64,000 bases of DNA. Source: Gemmatimonadota bacterium. Its GTDB lineage: Bacteria; Gemmatimonadota; Gemmatimonadetes; Gemmatimonadales; GWC2-71-9. A model generated the notes under the pieces. The model was not told the DNA's origin and ran no database searches. It saw only the letters and a list, made by a program, of their open reading frames with translations. Location of the stretch: the NCBI GenBank assembly GCA_039586365.1, contig JBDHKN010000013.1, forward strand, positions 1 through 64,000, in the 5' to 3' direction. Below, piece by piece: positions 27,119 through 35,649 of the stretch. The position numbers were made by a program, and so were the translations under genes. Each line of letters begins with the position of its first letter. Position 1 is the stretch's first letter.

Positions 27119-28648
27119 GTCACCATGCGGGGGATCCGCAAGTGCTTCGGGCCCGTGGAAGTCCTTCACGGCGTCGATTTCACCGTGCAGCCGGGCGAAG
27201 TGCACGTCCTCGCCGGCGAGAACGGCGCCGGGAAGAGCACGCTGATCAATATCCTCTCCGGCGTTTTCGACGACTTCTCAGGCGAACTCCAAGTGCACGG
27301 TCGGCCAGTACGGTTTGCCAGTCCAATGGACGCCGTGCGGGCCGGCATCGCAACGATTCACCAGGAACTCTCGTTGGTGGCGTCGCTGAGCGTGTCCGAC
27401 AACCTGTTCTTGGGGCACGAAACCATGCGACAATTCGGCATGGTCGATTTCGGCTTCCAGGAATCTGAAGCAGCACGTGTTCTCAGCGGCCTGGGACTCG
27501 ACATCGCTCCCCACACGTTGGTGGAGGAGCTGCCGATTGCTAGTCAGCAGCTCCTGGAAATCACCCGAGCACTGGCGCGAGATGCGAGCGTGATGATCTT
27601 CGACGAGCCAACGAGTGCACTGAACGAGCGTGAAGTCGAGTTTCTCTTCGAGCGCATCCGTGAATTGCGGGACCGCGGACGAGGCATCGTGTACATCACC
27701 CACAAGATGGAGGAGATCTACAAGCTGGCCGATCGCATCACGGTGCTGCGTGACGGCGGGTGCGTGGGCACGGCGACGCCGGACGAGCTGCCGCCAAGCG
27801 GCCTCGTGCGCTGGATGGTAGGGCGAGAGCTGGCAGCGGAGGGAATGGAGGGTCACGAGACGCCTGACGAACCGGCGCTGGAGGTGAACGATTTCCGCGT
27901 GACTCATCCCGAACTGAGCGATCGCTTCCTGGTCGATGGTGTGTCATTCACCTTGAGGCGCGGAGAGATCTTGGGACTTGCAGGATTGCAGGGTTCGGGC
28001 ACCAGCGATCTGCTGCACGCTCTCTTCGGCGCTCTCGGCAAGCGAGTTTCTGGTCGCGTGCGCCTCTTGGGAAAGCCGTTTGCGATCGGGAGCCCGCAGG
28101 ACTCGGTCGCACACGGTCTCGTGTTGCTCACGAACGATCGCAAGGCACTCGGGCTCGCGCCGGAAATGGAGGTAGTGCACAGCGCGAGCTTGGCCAGCCT
28201 CGCTCGATTCTGCAGTAGCGTGGGATGGGTGCGGCGGGATGAAGAGCGCGATGCAGTGGAGGCTCTCACCGGTGAGTTCAACTTGAACGCCCCGTCGCTC
28301 GATGCCCCGGTGCGCACTCTCTCAGGTGGAAACCAACAGAAGGTCTACCTGGCGCGCTGTCTCCTGACCGAGCCGCGCGTGCTGCTGCTCGACGAGCCGA
28401 CGCGGGGCGTCGACGTAGCTGCCAAGGCCGACATCTATTGCCTGATGCGGGAATGGGTTGGGCAGGGCATCTCCATCTTGCTCATCACTTCTGAGATGGA
28501 AGAGCTGCTATCGCTCAGCGATCGGATCCTGGTGATGCATGGGGGCCGGATCGCAGCCGAGTTGTCGCACGGGGAGGCGACCAAGGATGGCATTCTCGCT
28601 GCGGCGATGGGGCATGCAAGTCCTGACGAGCGGGGAGAATCCGAATGA
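27101..28648 (+). CDS. Monosaccharide ABC transporter ATP-binding protein (RbsA/MglA-like)
   Basis: Two ABC domains: GENGAGKSTL, IFDEPTSAL, LSGGNQQK, LLDEPTRGVDV. Confidence 0.95.
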   Translation: MKPSPLVTMRGIRKCFGPVEVLHGVDFTVQPGEVHVLAGENGAGKSTLINILSGVFDDFSGELQVHGRPVRFASPMDAVRAGIATIHQELSLVASLSVSDNLFLGHETMRQFGMVDFGFQESEAARVLSGLGLDIAPHTLVEELPIASQQLLEITRALARDASVMIFDEPTSALNEREVEFLFERIRELRDRGRGIVYITHKMEEIYKLADRITVLRDGGCVGTATPDELPPSGLVRWMVGRELAAEGMEGHETPDEPALEVNDFRVTHPELSDRFLVDGVSFTLRRGEILGLAGLQGSGTSDLLHALFGALGKRVSGRVRLLGKPFAIGSPQDSVAHGLVLLTNDRKALGLAPEMEVVHSASLASLARFCSSVGWVRRDEERDAVEALTGEFNLNAPSLDAPVRTLSGGNQQKVYLARCLLTEPRVLLLDEPTRGVDVAAKADIYCLMREWVGQGISILLITSEMEELLSLSDRILVMHGGRIAAELSHGEATKDGILAAAMGHASPDERGESE

Positions 28649-29646
28649 GGGAAGCCTGGCGTGAGCAGCTCAGCCGCTGTTGGGCCATGCCTGTCACGCG
28701 AGCGTTGCTGGCGCTGGTGCTCATGATTGTCATTGGCTGCCTGTTCCATGCTGACGGAGCGTTCTTCAGGTGGAGTGTGCACCGCGACATGCTGCGGCAG
28801 GTGTCGGTGTATGGTATCCTGGCGTGCGGCATGACGGTCGTGATCATTACCGCGGGAATCGATCTGTCAGTCAGCAGCCTGTTGGCACTGGCTGCTGTTT
28901 GCTTCGCTTGGTTCACGCTGCCACAGGGCTGGCCCGCAGTCTTGGCTATCCCGTTGGTACTATTGATCTGCACCGCGCTTGGTTCCGTATCGGGTACACT
29001 GGTCGCGCGGATGGGTATCCAGCCATTCATCGTCACCCTGGCGATGATGGTGTTTGCTCGGGGACTAGCCAAGGTTGTCTCGGGCGGGCAGAAAATCACC
29101 AACTACGTTGCCGAAGCTGACGGAAGCACCCGGCTAATTGAGCACCCGCCGATCTTCGGGATTATCGACAGCAGGGTTTTCGGCGGGAATATCTCGATCG
29201 TCACGATCGTCTTTCTGTTGTGCGTCTTGGCCACATGGGTTGTGCTGGCGCGCTTGCGGCTCGGGCGACACATCTATGCCGTGGGTGGCAACAAGGAGGC
29301 AGCCCGCCTGTCCGGTGTCCCGGCGAGCCGGACGCTGATAGCTGCATATGCCCTGTCGGGTTTCTTCTCGGCGGTGGCCGGGATCTGTCAAGCTGCGCAG
29401 GAGACCCACGGCGATCCTGAGACCGGCATGGCCTACGAACTCGACGCCATCGCCATGGTCGTGATCGGCGGCACCACGCTCGCGGGAGGGAAGGGAAGCG
29501 TCGTGTTGACGTTGGTTGGCGTCCTGACTATCGGCTACTTGCAGAAGATCCTGTCGCTCAACGCCGCCCCGGAGGCAACCCGCCTGATGTTGACAGGCGC
29601 GATCATAATCTGCGCGGTGTGGTTCCAGCGTGGGCGGAAGAGGTAG
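28645..29646 (+). CDS. Monosaccharide ABC transporter permease (RbsC-like)
   Basis: GMTVVIITAGIDLSV, PFIVTL, YAVGGNKEAARLSG, YELDAIAMVVIGGT. Confidence 0.95.
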   Translation: MREAWREQLSRCWAMPVTRALLALVLMIVIGCLFHADGAFFRWSVHRDMLRQVSVYGILACGMTVVIITAGIDLSVSSLLALAAVCFAWFTLPQGWPAVLAIPLVLLICTALGSVSGTLVARMGIQPFIVTLAMMVFARGLAKVVSGGQKITNYVAEADGSTRLIEHPPIFGIIDSRVFGGNISIVTIVFLLCVLATWVVLARLRLGRHIYAVGGNKEAARLSGVPASRTLIAAYALSGFFSAVAGICQAAQETHGDPETGMAYELDAIAMVVIGGTTLAGGKGSVVLTLVGVLTIGYLQKILSLNAAPEATRLMLTGAIIICAVWFQRGRKR

Positions 29647-29722
29647 AAGCAATAGCAGCTGAAGTGCACACAAGACTACCGGGGGTCCGTGAGTGCACAG
29701 ACATCGGCAACGGAGAGGTAAC

Positions 29723-31840
29723 GTGAAGACAACCGAGATGGTCTGGGTAGCTAGGTTGGCCCTCCTGGCGCTTCTAGGGGCTAGCTGCGGTCCAATGGAT
29801 GGGTCGCGAGACGCAGTGACCACTGGCAGCCTGTACCAGGAGATGATCGACCTGGTTGGACTCGCGGAGTTTCCCAATCCGGCCTACAAGACCGTTCAAT
29901 TCTCGTCCTATGACCGGCGCAGCAGCGTACCTGGCGGGCCCGACTGGTTTGCCAACTCGGACGGGTTCGGCGGCGAACCGCTCCCAGGGTTCGAGGCAGT
30001 GCTGCGCGAACCGGGCTCAGACAGCATCGGTCAGTACCTGATCGCCGATATCGCGGGCCCCGGCGCCCTGGTGCGTCTGTGGACGGCCGCCATCGACGGG
30101 TCGGTGCAGCTCTGGCTCGATGGGGCGAATGAACCGGTCTACGATGGAGCGGCCTACGACTTCTTCCAAGGACCGCTAGACGCGTACCCGCAAGCGGCCA
30201 GCCTCAACAGGGAGAACCTCGAACGGACGCTCTATCAGCGAGATGCGGTCTACGCTCCCATGCCGTTCGCACAACGGCTGCGGCTGGTATGGACCGGCAA
30301 CTTGGCCCATATCCACTTCTATCAGCTCGAGGTGCGCAAGTATGCACCCGGCACTAGAGTCGTGACGTTTCACCCCGAGGATCTCGCCACCTATGGGGAG
30401 ACTATCGACCGGGTGACCGCTGCCTTGGCAGATCCTGATTCAGGATTGCGGCCCAGCGCACAGGGTGAATCGCACGCTGTCACAATCGAACTGGCGCCGG
30501 GGGAAGCCGAAGACATTCTCGTCATGGAGGGCCCGGCCGCCTTGGAGCGATTGGAGTTGCGGTTGGAGGCGGAGCACCTGGAGCGGGCACTGCGCCAGAC
30601 CGTGTTGCACGTCCACTTCGATGACTACCCTCGAGGTCAGGTCCAGTCTCCCGTGGGAGATTTCTTCGGCGCCGCTCCAGGCGTAAATCCGTATCAGTCG
30701 CTTCCGTTTTCGGTACTGCCCGACGGCACGATGATCTGTCGGTTCGTGATGCCGTTCGAACGTTCCGTGAGTGTCAGGTTGGAGAACATGGGTGACCAGA
30801 CCGTGACCGTCACCGGCTCCGTCCGGTCGATGCCATACGAGTGGGAACCCAACCGCTCAATGCACTTCCGCGCCCGTTGGCGGGTGGACCACGACTTGAT
30901 CGCTGACCCGAATGCGGTGCAAGACCTGCCGTTCATACTGGCGCGTGGGCAGGGGGTGTACGTGGGCACCACCTCCATTCTGCTCAATCCCAATCCCATC
31001 CCCACTCCTGGGGGCAACTGGTGGGGGGAAGGGGATGAGAAGGTCTTCGTGGATGAGGACACGCTGCCTTCGCTGTTCGGGACGGGTTCGGAGGACTACT
31101 ACAACTACTCGTGGTCGTCACCTGATATCTTCGCCTATCCGTATTGCGGCCAGCCACGCAACGATGGGCCCGGCAATCGGGGCTTCGTCACCAACTACCG
31201 CTGGCACGTGCTCGATCCACTGCCCTTCGAACGAAGCATCGGCTTCTACCTGGAGTTGTACAGCCACGAGCGAACACCGGGGTTCTCCTATGCGCGAATC
31301 GGCTACCATTACGGTCGCCCCGGTCTGACCGACGATCACACGGCAATCATGCCGCAGGACCTGCGGGAGCTGCGCCTTCCGGACGGGTGGATCCCCGCGG
31401 CGCGGGGCGGCGCCCGCAACTCTGTCTTCTACCAGGCCGAAGATCTCACGGGCGGCGTGCGCATGGCGCTCGCGTCAGGCCCACTGTACGCAGGCGGATG
31501 GCTACTCGTTTGGGCACCCCGCACGGTGGGAGACGTGCTGAGACTCAACGTGCCGGTTGCAGCAAGCGGAGAACACCGTATCCACTTCGTTGCCCGGCTG
31601 GACGCGAACGGAGGTGCGGCCGACGTCAGGTGGGATGGAGCAGCAGCAGAACTCACCAGCGAGACCTCGTCCGTAGACCTGTATCGACCGCACCGCACGC
31701 TGCTGCGCAACTACACGTTGAGACAGCGACAGGTCGCCGCAGGAACGCACGTGCTCGAGTTCGCCTTCACCGGGGCTCCCACCGAAGTCGAGCGGCCGGA
31801 AATCGGCGTCGACTTCGTGTGGGTGCAGGAGGTGAGGTGA
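29723..31840 (+). CDS. Large GH172 (DUF2961) lipoprotein with duplicated N-terminal module and possible C-terminal CBM-like domain
   Basis: GGAGAGG before GTG 29723; lipobox LGASC; SSYDR, GPGALVRLW, VQSPVGDFFG, WWGEGDEKVFVD, GTGSEDYYN; C-terminal YQAEDL beta-sandwich-like region. Confidence 0.85.
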   Translation: MKTTEMVWVARLALLALLGASCGPMDGSRDAVTTGSLYQEMIDLVGLAEFPNPAYKTVQFSSYDRRSSVPGGPDWFANSDGFGGEPLPGFEAVLREPGSDSIGQYLIADIAGPGALVRLWTAAIDGSVQLWLDGANEPVYDGAAYDFFQGPLDAYPQAASLNRENLERTLYQRDAVYAPMPFAQRLRLVWTGNLAHIHFYQLEVRKYAPGTRVVTFHPEDLATYGETIDRVTAALADPDSGLRPSAQGESHAVTIELAPGEAEDILVMEGPAALERLELRLEAEHLERALRQTVLHVHFDDYPRGQVQSPVGDFFGAAPGVNPYQSLPFSVLPDGTMICRFVMPFERSVSVRLENMGDQTVTVTGSVRSMPYEWEPNRSMHFRARWRVDHDLIADPNAVQDLPFILARGQGVYVGTTSILLNPNPIPTPGGNWWGEGDEKVFVDEDTLPSLFGTGSEDYYNYSWSSPDIFAYPYCGQPRNDGPGNRGFVTNYRWHVLDPLPFERSIGFYLELYSHERTPGFSYARIGYHYGRPGLTDDHTAIMPQDLRELRLPDGWIPAARGGARNSVFYQAEDLTGGVRMALASGPLYAGGWLLVWAPRTVGDVLRLNVPVAASGEHRIHFVARLDANGGAADVRWDGAAAELTSETSSVDLYRPHRTLLRNYTLRQRQVAAGTHVLEFAFTGAPTEVERPEIGVDFVWVQEVR

Positions 31841-31883
31841 AATGCCAGTGGCGGGGGCCGTTTTCAACAAGGGACATAGAGAC

Positions 31884-32840
31884 ATGAGAAGCCGCGCCGT
31901 CGTGTTCGCAAGCATCTGCATGCTCTTCTTGGTGGGCTGTGGCTCAGAGTCACGGAGTGGGCACGCCGGTACAGCCGAGGACCCCTGGATCATCGGTATG
32001 AGTCAGTGCAACCTGGGTGAACCGTGGCGCGTGCAGATGGATGCCGATGTGAGGGCGGCGGCAGCTGACCGTCCGAATCTCAGAGTAATCTTCAAAGACG
32101 CACAGAACGAGTCGCTCACGCAGCGGGCCCAGGTTGAGGAGTTCGTCGAACAGGGCGCCGACCTGATCATCATCAGCCCCAAAGAGGCGGCACCACTAAC
32201 CAGGCCAGTGGCCGAAGCCTATCAACGAGGCATCCCCGTGATCGTGCTCGAACGCGCGGCGCAGGGTGATCAGTTCACCACTTTCATCGGGGCGGACAAC
32301 GTGAAGATCGGTCGCGAGGCAGGCAGGTGGATCAGGGAGCAACTCGGTGGCGGGGGCAAGGTTGTCGAACTCAAGGGCCTCATGACGTCGGTGCCCGGAC
32401 AAGATCGAAACCGTGGATTCCTGCAGGGCATGGAACTCGATGCAACCCCCGGTTTGCAGATTGTCTTCAGTGGAGAGATGAAGTGGCTTGAGCCGGACGC
32501 CAGGAGGGAGATGGAATCTGCTCTCGCCACCAATCCCGAGATAGATGTCGTGTACGCGCACAACGACCCGGGTGCCCACGGTGCTTGGCTCGCCGCTCGT
32601 GCAGCAGGGAGGGAAGATGAGATGCTGTTCGTGGGCATCGATGCCCTGCCGCATGAAGGCCAGCAATACGTTCGGCAGGGAATCCTCGACGCCACCTTCC
32701 TCTACCCGACCGGGGGCCAGGAAGCAATTGAGGCCGCGCTATCGATTCTGCGCGGTGAAGAGGTCCCGAAGCACATCGTGCTCGGCACACGGCTGTTCAC
32801 CCGGGAGAACATCGATCGGGGCGGTGACCCGATTCAATAG
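31884..32840 (+). CDS. Sugar ABC transporter substrate-binding lipoprotein (RbsB-like)
   Basis: Lipobox LVGC; IGMSQCNLGEPWR, FIGADNVKIG, VYAHNDP, FVGIDAL, ATFLYPTGG. Confidence 0.93.
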   Translation: MRSRAVVFASICMLFLVGCGSESRSGHAGTAEDPWIIGMSQCNLGEPWRVQMDADVRAAAADRPNLRVIFKDAQNESLTQRAQVEEFVEQGADLIIISPKEAAPLTRPVAEAYQRGIPVIVLERAAQGDQFTTFIGADNVKIGREAGRWIREQLGGGGKVVELKGLMTSVPGQDRNRGFLQGMELDATPGLQIVFSGEMKWLEPDARREMESALATNPEIDVVYAHNDPGAHGAWLAARAAGREDEMLFVGIDALPHEGQQYVRQGILDATFLYPTGGQEAIEAALSILRGEEVPKHIVLGTRLFTRENIDRGGDPIQ

Positions 32841-32861
32841 ACAGATCGAGGAGGCACGACC

Positions 32862-34382
32862 GTGAAGCAGCGAGTCGCATTGTTCTGGCCCGGCGATGGG
32901 CGCGATCGGCCCAACGAGCTAGCACTGCCCAGCGTGACCGAGGCCACTCGCCAGATGGAGACGGCGCTCAAGAGGCTCGGAAGAGAGCCGTACCTCGTTG
33001 AAGGTTTCCTCTCCAAACCGCATCACGCGATTGAGAGATTGCGGCCTATCGACGATCCGATGATAGGGATCTGCGTGCATTGGTTCTACGGCCCGCATAC
33101 CACCGAGGGCGTCGTGGGCAAGGAGAACCCACTGTTGCTCGCCAGCAACTTCTCGGGTGAGTGGCCGGGTCTGGTCGGTCTGCTCAATACCGGAGCCTGT
33201 CTCGAGAGTCTCGGCAGGAAGTTCTCGCGCGTATGGACCGATGCGGGAGACTGGACCACAGACGACGTGTTCATGACTCGGCTCGAGGAATGGTGCTCGT
33301 CCGGTCGCATCGACTATGGAGACGCCGGGATCTCCCACAGCGCGCCGGTGTCGGCCGAGGCCGCCGACTTGGCCAAACAGGTGGTGGGAGACCTCCGCAA
33401 GCGGCAGGCGCTCATTCTCATGCTGGGCGACACGTCGATGGGCATGATCAACGGCTACTTCGGACCGCGTCTGTTGAACCGCCACGGGTTCACCGAGCAC
33501 AAGGTCGATCAGGCCTGGATCATCCAGCGGGGTCGCGACATCAGCGACGCTCGCATCGATGCCGCTCTGGCCTTCGTTAAAGAAAAGGGCGTGACGTTTC
33601 ACTGGGGTGAAGCCGGAGCCGAAGACTTCACTGAGGACGCCACCCGCGAGCAGCTGCGTGACTACCTGACCGTGCTGGACCTCATCGAAGAGGAAAAGGC
33701 CGACTGTGTGGGCTGGCAGTATCAGTTGGGACTGCTGCAGCTGCGGCCGCCGTCGGATTTCTCCGAAGGACTGCTCAACTCCGTGTGCCGGCCCGAGTCG
33801 AACGGCGACACCGTGGTCTGCTCCACCGAGGCAGATCAAGGGAACGCGGTTCCCATGGAGTTGATGAAGCGCCTGCTCAAGGCCAAGGGCCTCCATCAGT
33901 CGGTCATGTTCCATGACGTGCGGTGGGGTGCGGAACACGAGGGCCGGTTCATCTGGCTGCTGCTCAATTCCGGCTCGAGCGGTGCCTACCCGTTCAACAA
34001 GGATCCCGACACTCTGACTGGCGTTCATAGCTACCGGCAGCCGCGGGAGTATTTCCCGGTGCCGGGCGGCACCTTCGCAGGCGAGAGCCTACCGGGCGAG
34101 ATGACCTGGGCGAGATGCGTCATCAGGGATCGCGAACTGTGGATGGACATCGGCCGGGGGCAAGTGGTGCAGCTGCCGCCCGAGAAGCGCGATGCGTGGT
34201 GGGAGGGTACCAACCGCCAGTGGCCGTTTATGGCCGCTGACATGGGTATCGGTCGCGACACGTTGATGGCGCACTATCTCTCCAATCACGCTGCGGTTGC
34301 CTACGGCGACATCTTCAGCGAGATGGTAGCGCTGTCCCAGGAGCTGGGGTTCCGTGTGAGAATCCTGAGCGATCTTGGCTGA
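32862..34382 (+). CDS. L-fucose/D-arabinose isomerase (FucI)-like protein
   Basis: FucI-like motifs in order: SMGM, GWQYQ, DFSEGLLNS, STEAD (metal Glu), FHDVR (Asp), LLNSGS, TNRQWP, SNH (His); GAGGAGG before GTG. Confidence 0.8.
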   Translation: MKQRVALFWPGDGRDRPNELALPSVTEATRQMETALKRLGREPYLVEGFLSKPHHAIERLRPIDDPMIGICVHWFYGPHTTEGVVGKENPLLLASNFSGEWPGLVGLLNTGACLESLGRKFSRVWTDAGDWTTDDVFMTRLEEWCSSGRIDYGDAGISHSAPVSAEAADLAKQVVGDLRKRQALILMLGDTSMGMINGYFGPRLLNRHGFTEHKVDQAWIIQRGRDISDARIDAALAFVKEKGVTFHWGEAGAEDFTEDATREQLRDYLTVLDLIEEEKADCVGWQYQLGLLQLRPPSDFSEGLLNSVCRPESNGDTVVCSTEADQGNAVPMELMKRLLKAKGLHQSVMFHDVRWGAEHEGRFIWLLLNSGSSGAYPFNKDPDTLTGVHSYRQPREYFPVPGGTFAGESLPGEMTWARCVIRDRELWMDIGRGQVVQLPPEKRDAWWEGTNRQWPFMAADMGIGRDTLMAHYLSNHAAVAYGDIFSEMVALSQELGFRVRILSDLG

Positions 34383-34445
34383 GCCGCCTGGACCTGCGCA
34401 CGCACAATGATGTCAACGGCTTGACGCTCGAGAGGGAGGACCAAC

Positions 34446-35630
34446 ATGAAAACGTGGCGTCGGTGCACGATTTGCTGGTTGGCAATCGGCTTGTTCGCAC
34501 ACTGCACCGCTGGGTTGGACGAGACTGACGCTCTCCACCGCGAGGCTCTCGTGTGGGATACCCACAACGACCTCTCGTATCGCGTCCTCTATGAGAAGCT
34601 CAACATCGGCCAACGCCTCCCCGCCGGGCACGTTGACATCCCGCGGCTCCAGGAGGGCGGGGTCGACGTTCAGACAGTCGCCCTCTACGTGGAGAACTTC
34701 CTCTATCCCCATCCCGGGCGCTGCTACCGTCAGGCCAGCGAGTTGTTGTCCGCGATGCGGGAAGCCATCGAGCAGAACTCGGCTCGGGTTGAGCTAGCAC
34801 GTACGGGTGCGGACGTGGAGCGGATCGTGGCGGCGGGCAAGATCGCGATGCCGCTGGCCATCGAGGGCGGCCACGCGATCGAGAACAGCCTGGAGAACCT
34901 GCGAGAGTTCCATGATCTCGGCGTGTCGTCCATGACATTGACCCACAACGTGTCACATGACTGGGCTGATTCGGGAGCGGACGAGCCACGCTGGGGGGGA
35001 CTCAACGACTTGGGGAGAGCCGTGGTGCGGGAGATGAACCGGCTGGGAATGGTGATCGACATATCCCACGCCTCGGACGAGGCTTTCTTCGACGTGCTGG
35101 AGGTTACAGAGGACCCGGTAATCGCGTCCCACTCCGGCTGCCGTGCACTCAACCCACACCGCCGCAACATGAGTGACGAAATGCTCGCTGCTCTGGCCGA
35201 GAACGACGGCGTGATCGGCATAGTCCTCGTGCTTAACTACCTGACGCCGGAGTACTCCACGGCCATGAGCGAGCTGCGTGCGGTGAACCAGCCCTGGTTC
35301 GAACAGGTTCCTGAGATCGAGGATCTGGATCTCCGTATCGCAGTGCAGCATCTGAACCAGGGCCGCGAATGGCCATTGGAGAATCTGCCCACGATCGAGG
35401 ATGTGCTCGATCACATCGATCACGCGGTACAAATTGCCGGGGTGGAGCATGTGGGTTTGGGTGCCGACATGTATCCGCGGACTCCATCGCCGGTGGGCAT
35501 CCGTGGCGTGCACGACTATCCCAACATCACGCGCGGTCTCAAAGCGCGGGGATATAGCGACGAGGACGTCAAGAAGATCATGGGTGGTAACTTCCTGCGG
35601 GTGTGGAAACAGGTGACCGACCCCAAATGA
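34446..35630 (+). CDS. Membrane/renal dipeptidase (peptidase M19), secreted
   Basis: DTHND, HVDIPRL..GG, AIEGGH, TLTHN, IDISH, ASHS, RNMSDE, HIDH, GGNFLRV. Confidence 0.92.
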   Translation: MKTWRRCTICWLAIGLFAHCTAGLDETDALHREALVWDTHNDLSYRVLYEKLNIGQRLPAGHVDIPRLQEGGVDVQTVALYVENFLYPHPGRCYRQASELLSAMREAIEQNSARVELARTGADVERIVAAGKIAMPLAIEGGHAIENSLENLREFHDLGVSSMTLTHNVSHDWADSGADEPRWGGLNDLGRAVVREMNRLGMVIDISHASDEAFFDVLEVTEDPVIASHSGCRALNPHRRNMSDEMLAALAENDGVIGIVLVLNYLTPEYSTAMSELRAVNQPWFEQVPEIEDLDLRIAVQHLNQGREWPLENLPTIEDVLDHIDHAVQIAGVEHVGLGADMYPRTPSPVGIRGVHDYPNITRGLKARGYSDEDVKKIMGGNFLRVWKQVTDPK

Positions 35631-35649
35631 ATCCGTCTGGAGTACGAGC

